Shown here: piece by piece, positions 23,640 to 32,348 of the stretch | Numbering within the stretch: the first letter of the stretch is position 1 | Layout of the letters: every line of letters starts with the position of its first letter | Assembly (NCBI GenBank): GCA_030583765.1 | Contig: CP129474.1 | Span: forward strand, 521,348 to 585,347 | DNA: 64,000 bases | DNA from: Minisyncoccota bacterium | GTDB lineage: Bacteria > Patescibacteriota > Minisyncoccia > 2-02-FULL-40-12 > GWA2-44-9 | Direction of reading: 5' to 3' | Position numbers and translations under genes: made by a program | Notes under the pieces: model-generated | Seen by the model: only the letters and a program-made list of their open reading frames with translations | Told to the model about the DNA's origin: nothing | Database searches by the model: none

Positions 23640-24713
23640 ATGCGTATGGTAAAAAAAGATCACAAAAAGGAAGCAAAGCCCAACATGACGAGCAAAGATA
23701 ACCGCCATATTGATATTGCCGTCAAAGAAATTCAAGAAAAATACGGTGACGGCGCTATTATGAAATTGGGCGAAGCGCGAAAGGTTGATGTTGATGTTAT
23801 CCCTTCCGGATCTATTTCACTCGATCTTGCTCTTGGGGTTGGAGGCATGCCGCGCGGCCGTGTTATTGAAGTGTATGGTCCTGAAAGCTCGGGCAAAACA
23901 ACGCTCGCGCTCCATCTCGTGTCCGAAGTGCAAAAGCAGGGTGGTGTTGCTGCGTATGTTGACGCGGAACACGCACTTGATCCCGAATATGCGAAGCGTA
24001 TTGGGGTAAAAACGCAGGACTTGCTCATTTCTCAACCAGATCACGGTGAACAAGCACTCGAAATTGTGGAAACGCTGGTTCGCTCCGGCGCCGTTTCGTT
24101 GGTGGTCGTAGACTCTGTCGCAGCACTTACGCCTCGCGCAGAAATTGAAGGTGAGATGGACCAGCAGCATGTCGGCCTTCAAGCGCGCCTCATGAGCCAT
24201 GCGCTGCGCAAGCTCGCAGGTGTTGCAGCAAAAACAAACACCACCATTTTATTCATTAACCAGATTCGTCAGAAGATTGGAGTCATGTTTGGGAACCCAG
24301 AGACAACCACCGGCGGCTTAGCGCTAAAGTTCTATGCATCGGTGCGTGTTGAGATTCGTCGTTCAGCGCAAATTCAAAGCGGCGAGCGTATCATTGGAAA
24401 TCGTGTGAAGGTGAAGATTGTAAAGAATAAGGTAGCTGCACCATTCCGTACGTGTGAGTTCGACATCTTCTACAACGAAGGCATCTCTGCAGAGTCTGAT
24501 TTGATTAACACGGGGGTACTCTATGGGGTGGTCGGCAAGGCGGGTAGCTGGTATACGCGTGGCGCAGACAAGCTCGGACAAGGCATGGAAGGTGCGCGCG
24601 CATTCTTGAAAGAGAATCCAAAAATCCGAAAGGAAATCTTCGATGCAATTAAAAAAGCTGCTGCCCTCGGTGAGGCACCAGCGAAACAAGCGCCCCTTGC
24701 ATCCGAAGAGTAG
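23640..24713 (+). CDS. recA: Recombinase RecA
   Basis: Walker [10 protein letters not shown] and L1/L2 loops. The start may instead be 23607, where TAATG overlaps the ftsK stop. Confidence 0.9.
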   Translation: MRMVKKDHKKEAKPNMTSKDNRHIDIAVKEIQEKYGDGAIMKLGEARKVDVDVIPSGSISLDLALGVGGMPRGRVIEVYGPESSGKTTLALHLVSEVQKQGGVAAYVDAEHALDPEYAKRIGVKTQDLLISQPDHGEQALEIVETLVRSGAVSLVVVDSVAALTPRAEIEGEMDQQHVGLQARLMSHALRKLAGVAAKTNTTILFINQIRQKIGVMFGNPETTTGGLALKFYASVRVEIRRSAQIQSGERIIGNRVKVKIVKNKVAAPFRTCEFDIFYNEGISAESDLINTGVLYGVVGKAGSWYTRGADKLGQGMEGARAFLKENPKIRKEIFDAIKKAAALGEAPAKQAPLASEE

Positions 24714-24716
24714 CGC

Positions 24717-25619
24717 TTATACTTTTGCTTCCGAATAGATCTCATCAAGCCACGGATAGCCTGATGAGACTTCACGTTGCATAAAATTAATCTCTTCTTG
24801 AGGAAGGCTAAGTGAGTCAAGGAGTGCAAAAAATCCTTCGCGTAGCTGCTCGGGCGTCGTGGGTACTGTTTGCGTCCACAACATTTCTGCAAGACGCCAG
24901 AAGCGTAGCATGGCTCCTTCGCGCGTTGCGCATACCGCCATAAGGTTTTCTTCTGGCAGGCTGTCTAATTCGGAGCGATACGTGAGCCATGAGCCGGCGG
25001 GCCCTATTTCTTTAGGGCAAAAGAGGTCGACAAAATAGAGCGTCCCATCAGTGTCTGGGACAACGTTTGCGAGCTTTAAATCAATGCCATGAGGGAGAGC
25101 GGTTACCTCTCGTCCGGAGATTGTTTTTCGATGGAGAGCGCCACGTGGATAGTGCGCGAGCTGGGCGAATGTTTGCCGTACAATGCTCCATCGAAGGAAA
25201 TTCGGTTGCTCTGGGTTGGTAAATATTTTTTCGCCATCAGCGCGTCCGATGCGTTGCTCGTATGAAAATATCTGCCCCTCATTTCCTTGCTGGAGTGTTT
25301 TTGTGTAATACGTATGTGGTATATTCCATCCAAAGCGCACTAGTTCTCTGCGATATGGCTCGAGGCGGGATTCTAAGTGCCGCGCTACATTAAAAGGTAA
25401 GCCTTTTCCGGCTCCCATTCGTTTAAATAACACTTGTTGTGGAGTGCCGTGCTCTCGGTACTCTAGAATAGAAACTCGAGATTGGCGACCTTGGCTGATA
25501 CCATCGGGAGGAAGTACTGAAAAAATGATATGTGGTTCATCAGCGCGAAGAATGTGCAATTCTGACGGAGTTGGTTCAAAGAGCTTGGCGTGGTGGGCGA
25601 GTACATCTTTCTTTTCCAT
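24717..25619 (-). CDS. Hypothetical protein, possible kinase-like (APH/ChoK-like) fold
   Basis: 300 aa. The HGIDLKLANVV...FVDLF segment resembles the catalytic and DFG-like loops of aminoglycoside/choline kinase-like phosphotransferases. This is weak. Confidence 0.4.
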   Translation of the reverse strand: MEKKDVLAHHAKLFEPTPSELHILRADEPHIIFSVLPPDGISQGRQSRVSILEYREHGTPQQVLFKRMGAGKGLPFNVARHLESRLEPYRRELVRFGWNIPHTYYTKTLQQGNEGQIFSYEQRIGRADGEKIFTNPEQPNFLRWSIVRQTFAQLAHYPRGALHRKTISGREVTALPHGIDLKLANVVPDTDGTLYFVDLFCPKEIGPAGSWLTYRSELDSLPEENLMAVCATREGAMLRFWRLAEMLWTQTVPTTPEQLREGFFALLDSLSLPQEEINFMQREVSSGYPWLDEIYSEAKV

Positions 25620-25700
25620 TACGATCAGTATACTAAAGCGTTATATAAAGCACAAAACGCCCCACATGGGGCGTTTTGTGTGCACTTGGGGGAAGAGGCC

Positions 25701-25913
25701 TTACTTCTGAACTGTCTGGTTGCGCGTGTAGGGCATAAGGGCCATGAAGCGTGCGAGCTTAATCGCCTGTGCGATACGGCGCTGGTGTATCTTGCAGAGC
25801 TTGTTGCGGCGTGAAGAGCCGATTTTAAACTCTGACGTTGTGTAGGCGCGGAGCGCCTTCACATCTTTATAGTTAATAGTTGGGGTTGCGTTTTTGCAGT
25901 GTGTGCAGTCCAT
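25701..25913 (-). CDS. rpsR: 30S ribosomal protein S18
   Basis: 70 aa with ...YKDVKALRAYTTSEFKI...RRIAQAIKLARFMALMPY. It lies in rpsF-ssb-rpsR order. Confidence 0.85.
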   Translation of the reverse strand: MDCTHCKNATPTINYKDVKALRAYTTSEFKIGSSRRNKLCKIHQRRIAQAIKLARFMALMPYTRNQTVQK

Positions 25914-25918
25914 AGTCG

Positions 25919-26422
25919 TTAGAATGGTAAATCTTCTGGTTTAATCTTTACATCTTCTTCTTCGATACCTTGGTGTGGCAACTCGCTTTCGTCAATGATT
26001 GGGATCTCTGGTTCCATGGCCGGCGTATCGCTTATTGCTGCTGCCGGTGCTCGTGATGGAGACGGTGCCCCCATCGGTTCACCTCCTGCGGAACGTGGGC
26101 CAAGTTGGAGATTCTCTGCGATGATTTCTGTGGCGTATCGCTTTACGTTATCTTGAGTGCCAGTCCATGAGCGAGTCTGAATGCGTCCTTCGATGAGCGC
26201 GAGAGATCCGCGGCGGAGATATTGGCTCGCGATTTCTCCGAGTCGTCCCCATGCAATGACTGTGTGAAATTCGGTGGCTTCGCGCTTTTGGTTTGTCTGC
26301 TTGTCATACCAGACGCGATTTGTCGCCATGCGAATAGTGGCCACATTTTGTCCTCCGGGAGTTGCGCGGACTTCGGGATCTTGGGTAAGCCGTCCGATCA
26401 AATAGACCTTATTCAGGTTCAT
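25919..26422 (-). CDS. ssb: Single-stranded DNA-binding protein
   Basis: OB-fold N-terminus (VYLIGRLTQDPEVR...), a G/P-rich linker and an acidic C-terminal tip ...EDLPF. Confidence 0.9.
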   Translation of the reverse strand: MNLNKVYLIGRLTQDPEVRATPGGQNVATIRMATNRVWYDKQTNQKREATEFHTVIAWGRLGEIASQYLRRGSLALIEGRIQTRSWTGTQDNVKRYATEIIAENLQLGPRSAGGEPMGAPSPSRAPAAAISDTPAMEPEIPIIDESELPHQGIEEEDVKIKPEDLPF

Positions 26423-26426
26423 AGCA

Positions 26427-26828
26427 TTACGCGACGTCGTTCATTGCGCTGTCCAGCTGCGCATCCATATCTGGCTGTGCGGCGCGGGGCGTGCGAGAAC
26501 GGGCGCGGGATTGTTCCTTTCCTGCGGACTCATCAAGCGCAAGCACGATGTGGCGCAAAACCTCTTTGTGGAGGCGGAGCGTTTCATCAATGAGCGCGAG
26601 CTGATCAGTATCTTCCAGCGTAAAGTGGCACCAGCCAAAAAAGCTAGAGCGTTGATGCTGGATAGGATAGGACAGGCGCGTTGCCTCGGGTGCTTTTGAC
26701 TCTACAATCGTACCTCCGTGGGAGGTAACGACCTGCTCAATACTTGCGTGGAGAGCGGGGATTTCTTCAGGAGCCTTGGTACCGTCTAGGTGGTACGCCA
26801 ACTCGTAGCGGCGATTCATGTCAGTCAT
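26427..26828 (-). CDS. rpsF: 30S ribosomal protein S6
   Basis: The MNRRYELAYHLDG... core matches S6. Start choice is ambiguous (26819, 26828 or 26885). Confidence 0.75.
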   Translation of the reverse strand: MTDMNRRYELAYHLDGTKAPEEIPALHASIEQVVTSHGGTIVESKAPEATRLSYPIQHQRSSFFGWCHFTLEDTDQLALIDETLRLHKEVLRHIVLALDESAGKEQSRARSRTPRAAQPDMDAQLDSAMNDVA

Positions 26829-26954
26829 ATCAATACTTTTGGGTTTCCGCACGCCCGAGAGGCGCAGATGTGGGCCTCTCGTCATGCAGTTATTGCATTA
26901 CCAGTGCCTAGATTACCAAGGAAATATGGGCATGTCAACGTTGTTGAGGGTATA

Positions 26955-26983
26955 TTGACTATATCGTATTTATTTTGTACTAT
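26955..26983 (+). promoter_or_regulatory. Cassette 3 promoter: TTGACT-17bp-TACTAT
   Basis: -35 at 26955-60 and -10 at 26978-83. RBS AGGAGGTGGCA is at 26993-27003 and the GTG start is at 27004. The native rpsF promoter is divergent just upstream. Confidence 0.55.
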
Positions 26984-27003
26984 ATGCGTCCAAGGAGGTG
27001 GCA

Positions 27004-27315
27004 GTGAATCAGAAAAAGCGAGCGACCGCGTCGCTAGCGGAGCTCGTTGCCGAAGTATCAGGGTGGCGGTTTGTGGTGGGGATGGCGGCCGTCATCGGGA
27101 GCCTCTTCATCTTCGTCTGTATGTTCCGAGCGGGCGTTGCGTGGGAACAAGGGCGTCTCGTTGCCGCAGTTGCTCTTGCGGCAGCTTCACTGGTTGCCGT
27201 CATCCTGTTTCTCGTGATCCTCACCATCGCTACGCGCAACTTGCGGGGCGACGTGCGGGAGTTTGCGAGACGCATGGGTGCTGGCATGGGCGATGACGCT
27301 GGGCTTAAGATCTAG
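27004..27315 (+). CDS. Small 2-TM membrane protein (cassette 3, gene a)
   Basis: 103 aa with two hydrophobic helices (VVGMAAVIGSLFIFV..., LVAAVALAAASLVAVILFLVIL). It is GC-rich and starts at a GTG placed by the RBS. Confidence 0.55.
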   Translation: MNQKKRATASLAELVAEVSGWRFVVGMAAVIGSLFIFVCMFRAGVAWEQGRLVAAVALAAASLVAVILFLVILTIATRNLRGDVREFARRMGAGMGDDAGLKI

Positions 27316-27330
27316 TGGGGGGGGTGAATC

Positions 27331-27936
27331 GTGAAGGTTCTCGTCGTTGCCGGGTACGGGGTGACGCCCGTACGAAACTACGCCATGGAGACAGAGCGCT
27401 ATCTGCTCCGTGCCGCAGAGTTGCTCAGGGAGGCATACGAGGGCGGCGATCCGTTCTCCAATCTCATCCTGTGCGGCGGCATGACCCAGCAGAAGACATC
27501 GCCACATGTCACAGAGGCGTACGCGATGCACGAACGTCTTCGCACGTTGACCATGTGGACTGATGGGAAGCTCGTACCCTCCTTCTGGGACGCTGTGCTG
27601 GTCTCGCACGAAGAGCGTTCATTCACTTCGCTGGAGAACGTACGAAACGCGAGTGAGCGCATTTATCAGCTGTGGGAGCAATTCGATGAGGAGCTCCACA
27701 TCACCGTGCTGTGCGAAGGCATGCGCCTCCTGAAGTGGCAGATCTTGTGTCGCCACTTCATGCCGAAGACGACCACGCCCATCCAGTACGAGATCGTCAA
27801 CTGGGAGCTGATGTCACCCCACAAGGAGTTGATGGCGACCATCTGGGACGCGTGTTCGGTCTCGATTCCCATTATCGGGCCAGCGATGGCGTGGTGGTGG
27901 GGATGGCGTCGCCGTCGGCGCGCCAAGCACATCTAG
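27331..27936 (+). CDS. DUF218 (YdcF/SanA/ElyC)-like protein with W/R-rich C-terminal tail (cassette 3, gene b)
   Basis: 201 aa. VLVVAGYG...R...LILCGGMTQQKTSPHVTEAYAMHERL resembles the DUF218 GG/SEA core. The tail reads AMAWWWGWRRRRRAKHI. Start is GTG. Confidence 0.55.
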   Translation: MKVLVVAGYGVTPVRNYAMETERYLLRAAELLREAYEGGDPFSNLILCGGMTQQKTSPHVTEAYAMHERLRTLTMWTDGKLVPSFWDAVLVSHEERSFTSLENVRNASERIYQLWEQFDEELHITVLCEGMRLLKWQILCRHFMPKTTTPIQYEIVNWELMSPHKELMATIWDACSVSIPIIGPAMAWWWGWRRRRRAKHI

Positions 27937-27945
27937 CCCCTACCG

Positions 27946-27985
27946 CCGGTCGCACACGTTGTGCGGTCGGCGGGCTTTTATTTTC
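27946..27985 (+). terminator. Intrinsic terminator of cassette 3
   Basis: CCGCCGGTCGCACACGTTGTGCGGTCGGCGG hairpin followed by GCTTTTATTTT. The ychF stop codon (complement of 27978-80) lies inside the T tract. Confidence 0.6.
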
Positions 27986-29060
27986 CGATCAAAATCTCTA
28001 CCACGTCTCCATCCTGAATGATGTAATCTCGCCCTACTGTTTTTACGAGACCTTTAGCGCGCGCAGGGCCATAACCACCAACCTCAAGGAGTTGTTGCGC
28101 AGGGATGACTTCAGCGCGAATAAAAAGGCGTTCAAAGTCGGTGTGAATGGCGCGCGATGCAACGGGGATAGGGTCACCTTCATGTGCGGTCCACGCGCGG
28201 CTTTCCGTTTCTCCCGTTGTGAGAAAGGTGAGGAGCCCAAGGCGGCGATAGCCCAGGGTGATCAGTTCATCAAGGCCGCTCTGCTCTTTGCCCACAGAGG
28301 CGAGGAGCTCTTTTTTATCCTCTGCAGACATCGTAGAGAGCGCGAGCTCCATAGCGTTGCACATCACCACGAATGGTGCGCCGTGAAGCGATTCACGTAG
28401 ATCGCTACTGGGTTGCCAGCCTTCAGTGAGCTGTTGTTCGGACACATTCAATACATATAAAAAGGGTTTTGCGGAAAGGAGGTTCAATTCGCGTGCCAGC
28501 GCCTTTTCGTCATCAGAAAGATCTGCGCCAGAAAGCACGGTCCCCGCATTATTGAGAGCGATGAGGTGTTCCAGTAAAGGAAGCTGTGCGGCGGCTTTTT
28601 TATCCGCCCGCCCTTCCTTTTGTGTTTTTTCAAGACGCTTAGCGAGCGTCTCCGCATCTGCCATAACAAGCTCTGTATTGATGATCGCAATGTCATCGAT
28701 CGGGTCAATGCGGCTGTGCACATGCAGTACGTTGTCATCATGGAACGCGCGCACAACGTGCACAATGGCATCTACTTCACGAATATTCGCAAGAAATTTA
28801 TTTCCCAACCCTTCGCCTTGGCTTGCGCCCTTCACGAGGCCGGCGATGTCGGTGAACTGCACCGTGGCATAGATAGAGCGTGCGGAGTGGGAGAGCTGGG
28901 TGAGCGCATCAACGCGAGGATCGGGGACTTCCACAACCCCTACGTTTGGTTCAATAGTGGTAAATGGGTAGTTTTGAATATCGACGTGCTTATTCGTCAC
29001 CGCCTGAAACAGCGTTGATTTACCGACATTAGGAAGCCCTACAATTCCGAGTGAAAGCAT
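27978..29060 (-). CDS. ychF: Ribosome-binding ATPase YchF
   Basis: 360 aa with G1 GLPNVGKST, a TGS-like C-terminus and the YchF signature FTTIEPN. Confidence 0.9.
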   Translation of the reverse strand: MLSLGIVGLPNVGKSTLFQAVTNKHVDIQNYPFTTIEPNVGVVEVPDPRVDALTQLSHSARSIYATVQFTDIAGLVKGASQGEGLGNKFLANIREVDAIVHVVRAFHDDNVLHVHSRIDPIDDIAIINTELVMADAETLAKRLEKTQKEGRADKKAAAQLPLLEHLIALNNAGTVLSGADLSDDEKALARELNLLSAKPFLYVLNVSEQQLTEGWQPSSDLRESLHGAPFVVMCNAMELALSTMSAEDKKELLASVGKEQSGLDELITLGYRRLGLLTFLTTGETESRAWTAHEGDPIPVASRAIHTDFERLFIRAEVIPAQQLLEVGGYGPARAKGLVKTVGRDYIIQDGDVVEILIGK

Positions 29061-29106
29061 TCGAGAATCCTAGCAAAAAAGCCCTTTGTGGGCCAGATGG
29101 CGCATA

Positions 29107-29135
29107 TTGACTTTATCGCTTTAAACTGGTATAAT
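29107..29135 (+). promoter_or_regulatory. Cassette 4 promoter: TTGACT-17bp-TGGTATAAT (extended -10) plus about 100-nt structured leader
   Basis: -35 at 29107-12 and -10 at 29130-35. The leader has hairpins CCATCCTCTAGGAGGGGATGG and TCGGCTAACAGCCGA before RBS GGAGAGAAGCA and ATG 29242. Confidence 0.55.
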
Positions 29136-29241
29136 TATAGAGTACAGTGTAGTACCTTTACATGCAGAACTGCCGCATTTCGCGGCCCATCCTCTAGGAG
29201 GGGATGGAAGAATCTCGGCTAACAGCCGAAGGAGAGAAGCA

Positions 29242-29835
29242 ATGAAGTATGACGAGATGACGTGGGGCACGATGGAGGCCGTGGTCAACAAGCTTGGCGG
29301 CATGGATGGCGTTCAGCGCTTCCTGCGCGGCGCGCTCAAGGTCGTCGAGGCGGAGGCCAATGCCGCCTTCTCGACGTTCCAGAAGATCACGCTCAGCGTG
29401 TACGACAACGTCGCGACGCTTCGCAAGGCGATCGCGGACAGCGGCAACAACATCAGCGACTACGGGGAAGACCTGCTCGCCAAGATGTCGCTGGTGAAGG
29501 AGCCCGTCGAGCTCGAGCTGGTGTGCGTGTCGGTCAAGGATCTGGGCCTGAAGTCCGGAGCCACGATCAAGCAGATCTACGATCGCGCTCGCAAGCTTGG
29601 CTTGGACCTCTGCCCGGCCCAGGTCGGACCCGAGCTCCGCCTGGCCTACCAGGATCAGCCCATCGGCGAGTGGCTGCTGGTGGCGATGGAGCAGATCACG
29701 GATCGCAACGGTCACCCGAGCGTGTTCATCGTCGGGTGTGACGTCCACGGCGTCCGCTGGTTGGACGGCGATTACGCCTACCCGAGCAACACCTGGAGCG
29801 GCCTCAGCCGTTGGGTGTTCGTCCGTCGCGCGTAA
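29242..29835 (+). CDS. Hypothetical protein (cassette 4)
   Basis: 197 aa beginning MKYDEMTWGTMEAVVNKLGG... It is GC-rich with G/C3 codons. No motif was recognised. Confidence 0.55.
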   Translation: MKYDEMTWGTMEAVVNKLGGMDGVQRFLRGALKVVEAEANAAFSTFQKITLSVYDNVATLRKAIADSGNNISDYGEDLLAKMSLVKEPVELELVCVSVKDLGLKSGATIKQIYDRARKLGLDLCPAQVGPELRLAYQDQPIGEWLLVAMEQITDRNGHPSVFIVGCDVHGVRWLDGDYAYPSNTWSGLSRWVFVRRA

Positions 29836-29886
29836 GCCCTTAGCGCTTGGCAGCTTAGTTCTCTGAACTTGGAAGCTGAGCCCTGC

Positions 29887-29920
29887 GCCCGCACAGAAAT
29901 GTGCGGGCTCTTTATTTTTA
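29887..29920 (+). terminator. Intrinsic terminator of cassette 4
   Basis: GCCCGCAC-AGAAAT-GTGCGGGC followed by TCTTTATTTTTA. The terminal TTA is the stop codon (complement) of the convergent nucleotidyltransferase gene. Confidence 0.6.
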
Positions 29921-30610
29921 TAATTTGGTGTCCGCTATTTTCTCCACGGCTCGCAGATCTTCTGGAGTGTTTACACTGCGCCATGATGGCATAGCCACCA
30001 CGTGCACGGGGTTATGCGCGCTCCATACCAAGAGGGTGCGCGGGAGACTCAACTCACCAGAGGGAAGATGGTACGGTTCTTCTGAAAAAATACTTGGCTC
30101 TAACATATATGCTCCCGTTGCAATGCAGTGCGTGCCCTCCTGTGGTGTCGGGCCAAACGCGGTAAGGAGGCTGTGTGCGTCCTGTGCGATATTGAGGAAC
30201 GGTGGCACTGGGCGTGGCGATTCCCATACACCTATAGCTCGAGTGTGTTGGGAGAGGGTGAGTATATCATGTGATGCAAACATGTCGTCAGACTGGAGGA
30301 CAAGGAATGGTTGCGTAGACGTTGCGCATAGCGATTGCGCACTCCAGAGCGCCCCAGCCGTTCCGGGGAGTGCATCTTCTTGCATGATAAAACGGATTGG
30401 TGCGTGGGGGTGCTCCCGCATGACGTGCTCTCTGATTTGCTCGTGGCGATATTTTACTACAATACCAATCTGGTTAACGGCAGGTGGGAGTGCGCGCAGC
30501 AGATGATCCAAGAGCGTTGTGCCACGAACTGTAATGAGTGGCTTTGGTATGGTGTCGGTGAGCGGCGCAAGGCGTGTGCCGCGTCCAGCGGCGAGTATGA
30601 TGGCGAGCAT
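29918..30610 (-). CDS. Sugar-phosphate nucleotidyltransferase-like protein (NTP_transferase/MobA-like fold)
   Basis: The real start MLAIILAAGRGTRLAPLTDTIPKPL... (G-x-G-x-R nucleotide-binding loop) lies inside a longer ORF. Composition is native-like. Confidence 0.65.
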   Translation of the reverse strand: MLAIILAAGRGTRLAPLTDTIPKPLITVRGTTLLDHLLRALPPAVNQIGIVVKYRHEQIREHVMREHPHAPIRFIMQEDALPGTAGALWSAQSLCATSTQPFLVLQSDDMFASHDILTLSQHTRAIGVWESPRPVPPFLNIAQDAHSLLTAFGPTPQEGTHCIATGAYMLEPSIFSEEPYHLPSGELSLPRTLLVWSAHNPVHVVAMPSWRSVNTPEDLRAVEKIADTKL

Positions 30611-30620
30611 ATTCGTAGTG

Positions 30621-30654
30621 TATAAAAAGTAAGGGGGCTTGTACAAAGCCCCCT
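30621..30654 (-). terminator. Intrinsic terminator of cassette 5 (minus strand)
   Basis: On the minus strand, GGGGGCTTTGTACAAGCCCCC followed by TTACTTTTTATA lies downstream of the NUDIX stop. Confidence 0.55.
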
Positions 30655-30662
30655 CTCGAGCG

Positions 30663-31181
30663 CTAGAGCTCGTACGGCGGTGCGGCAGGCGGCTCGGCGG
30701 GGAAAACGCTCTGCGGGTACGGCCTTTGCGGCCGGATGTAGGGCTCCCAGATGAGCGTTCTCTGCGCGCGATAGACGTGTTCCCACACGCCTTCGAGTTC
30801 CGGTGCCGTGAACCAGCGCACATCGCTGATCTCGTCCGTGGGAAGCTGGGCATGCACCGGAGATGTTTCGGAGAACTGTTGACGGGGGAACTCCCACATG
30901 AGGACGATCCCCGGCGATTTGGCGAGCGTGAAGGCGTGTGGGCACCACATGGAGGGGGCGGTCAACCAGTATCCAGTCTCCTCCCTCAATTCGCGTGCCA
31001 GTGCATCCCAGAGCCGCTCTCCGATCATGGGCGCTCCGCCAGGGAGTGACCACTGTCGAGAAGGGTATCCCGGCACCTCGTAGTTGTGCTGAACGAGGAG
31101 GATTTTCGGCTCCTTCCCTGGTGTGCGGTTGACGATGTGGGCGAAGACGCCCACCTGCGTAATGTCTCGTTTATCTCTCAC
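30663..31181 (-). CDS. NUDIX hydrolase (cassette 5, minus strand)
   Basis: 172 aa with Nudix box GGAPMIGERLWDALARELREETG. It is GC-rich with G/C3 codons. The GTG start follows RBS AAGGAGGT. Confidence 0.8.
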   Translation of the reverse strand: MRDKRDITQVGVFAHIVNRTPGKEPKILLVQHNYEVPGYPSRQWSLPGGAPMIGERLWDALARELREETGYWLTAPSMWCPHAFTLAKSPGIVLMWEFPRQQFSETSPVHAQLPTDEISDVRWFTAPELEGVWEHVYRAQRTLIWEPYIRPQRPYPQSVFPAEPPAAPPYEL

Positions 31182-31204
31182 TCAAACCTCCTTGTGAGTT
31201 TCTG

Positions 31205-31233
31205 ATAATACAATTACTTGCGCTAACTGTCAA
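31205..31233 (-). promoter_or_regulatory. Cassette 5 promoter (minus strand): TTGACA-17bp-TATTAT
   Basis: The reverse complement of 31228-33 is TTGACA, overlapping the trpS stop. The reverse complement of 31205-10 is TATTAT. RBS AAGGAGGT is the reverse complement of 31186-93. Confidence 0.55.
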
Positions 31234-32249
31234 AGCCCCATGGCGGTGCGCACTTTACGCATCGTTTCTTCTGCAATGACTCGGGCTTTTTCTTCGGATG
31301 CTTCCAATATAGCCGTTACCTGTGCGGGATCTGCGGTGAGTTCGGCGTGCTTTTGCTGAAATGGCGCAAGTGCCGTGATGATCGCCTCTGCGAGATCGTG
31401 TTTGAAATCCGCGTAGCCACTGGACGCATAGCGAGCTTCGAGCTCTGGGATCGGTGTGCCGCTCACAACACTGAAAATAGTGAGTAAGTTAGCGATGGCT
31501 GGCCGTTCGGTGGGTTGGTAGGTAATGCCGGTGCCTGAATCAGTGACGGCACGCTTTATCTTTGCGCGAATGGTGTCTGGTGCGTCAGTGAGGGCAATGC
31601 CATCGTCGCCCGTCTTTGACATCTTTTTCGTAGGATCTTGCAGAGACATGATGCGAGCGCCCTGCTCTTCTGCCATGTGCGCTTTTACGGTGGTAAATGT
31701 TTCGCCACCTGCCCGGCCAGGGAATAAATGGTTGAACTTACGTGCTATTTCATTGGTGACATCAATGTGCACGAGCTGATCTTCGCCCACTGGAACGAGG
31801 GTTGTGTTGTAAAGCAGAATGTCTGCCGCCATGAGTACGGGATAGGAAAGAATGGCGAGGTTGTTGCCATAGCTTCCTGCGCGAGGAGAAAGTGATGCTT
31901 CGATCTGCTCACCCTTCTCTCGGTAGTTGGGGAGGCGGTCTAGCCAACTGATGGGCGTAATGGAAGATAAGAGCCACATGAGCTCGGCATGCTGGGGAAC
32001 GCGAGACTGGCGGATGATAAGCGCACGCGAAGGATCTACGCCCGCGGCAATGTAGTTAATGGCCGCATCGCGCACGCGCTCTGGCATGTCGGCTGGTTCG
32101 TAGGGCGTAGTGATGCCGTGAAGGTCTACGACGGCGTACACTGCTTGTTCTGCGTCGCGCTGAAGGGCAACCCACTGTTTGAGTGCGCCCACATAGTTGC
32201 CAAGATGGAGCTTGCCACTGGGGCGCATGCCAGAAAAAACTCGTTGCAT
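31230..32249 (-). CDS. trpS: Tryptophan--tRNA ligase
   Basis: 339 aa with a HIGH-type region (..GKLHLGNYVGAL..) and KMSKT. Confidence 0.9.
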   Translation of the reverse strand: MQRVFSGMRPSGKLHLGNYVGALKQWVALQRDAEQAVYAVVDLHGITTPYEPADMPERVRDAAINYIAAGVDPSRALIIRQSRVPQHAELMWLLSSITPISWLDRLPNYREKGEQIEASLSPRAGSYGNNLAILSYPVLMAADILLYNTTLVPVGEDQLVHIDVTNEIARKFNHLFPGRAGGETFTTVKAHMAEEQGARIMSLQDPTKKMSKTGDDGIALTDAPDTIRAKIKRAVTDSGTGITYQPTERPAIANLLTIFSVVSGTPIPELEARYASSGYADFKHDLAEAIITALAPFQQKHAELTADPAQVTAILEASEEKARVIAEETMRKVRTAMGL

Positions 32250-32298
32250 AGTGCTTCAAGAATAGAGGAATTAAGGTCTTTTCGCAATACGGAGAATA

Positions 32299-32327
32299 TT
32301 GACCGTTGTGATATTTATTGGTATAAC
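32299..32327 (+). promoter_or_regulatory. Cassette 6 promoter: TTGACC-17bp-TATAAC
   Basis: -35 at 32299-304 and -10 at 32322-27. RBS AAGGAGG is at 32336-42 and the ATG at 32349. Confidence 0.55.
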
Positions 32328-32348
32328 TATGCACGAAGGAGGCGCACC

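Noticed and set aside
31989-32348. Long ORF 31989-32786 (265 aa) extending upstream of cassette 6.
   Set aside because: The upstream portion is antisense to trpS. The consensus promoter and SD define the start at 32349.
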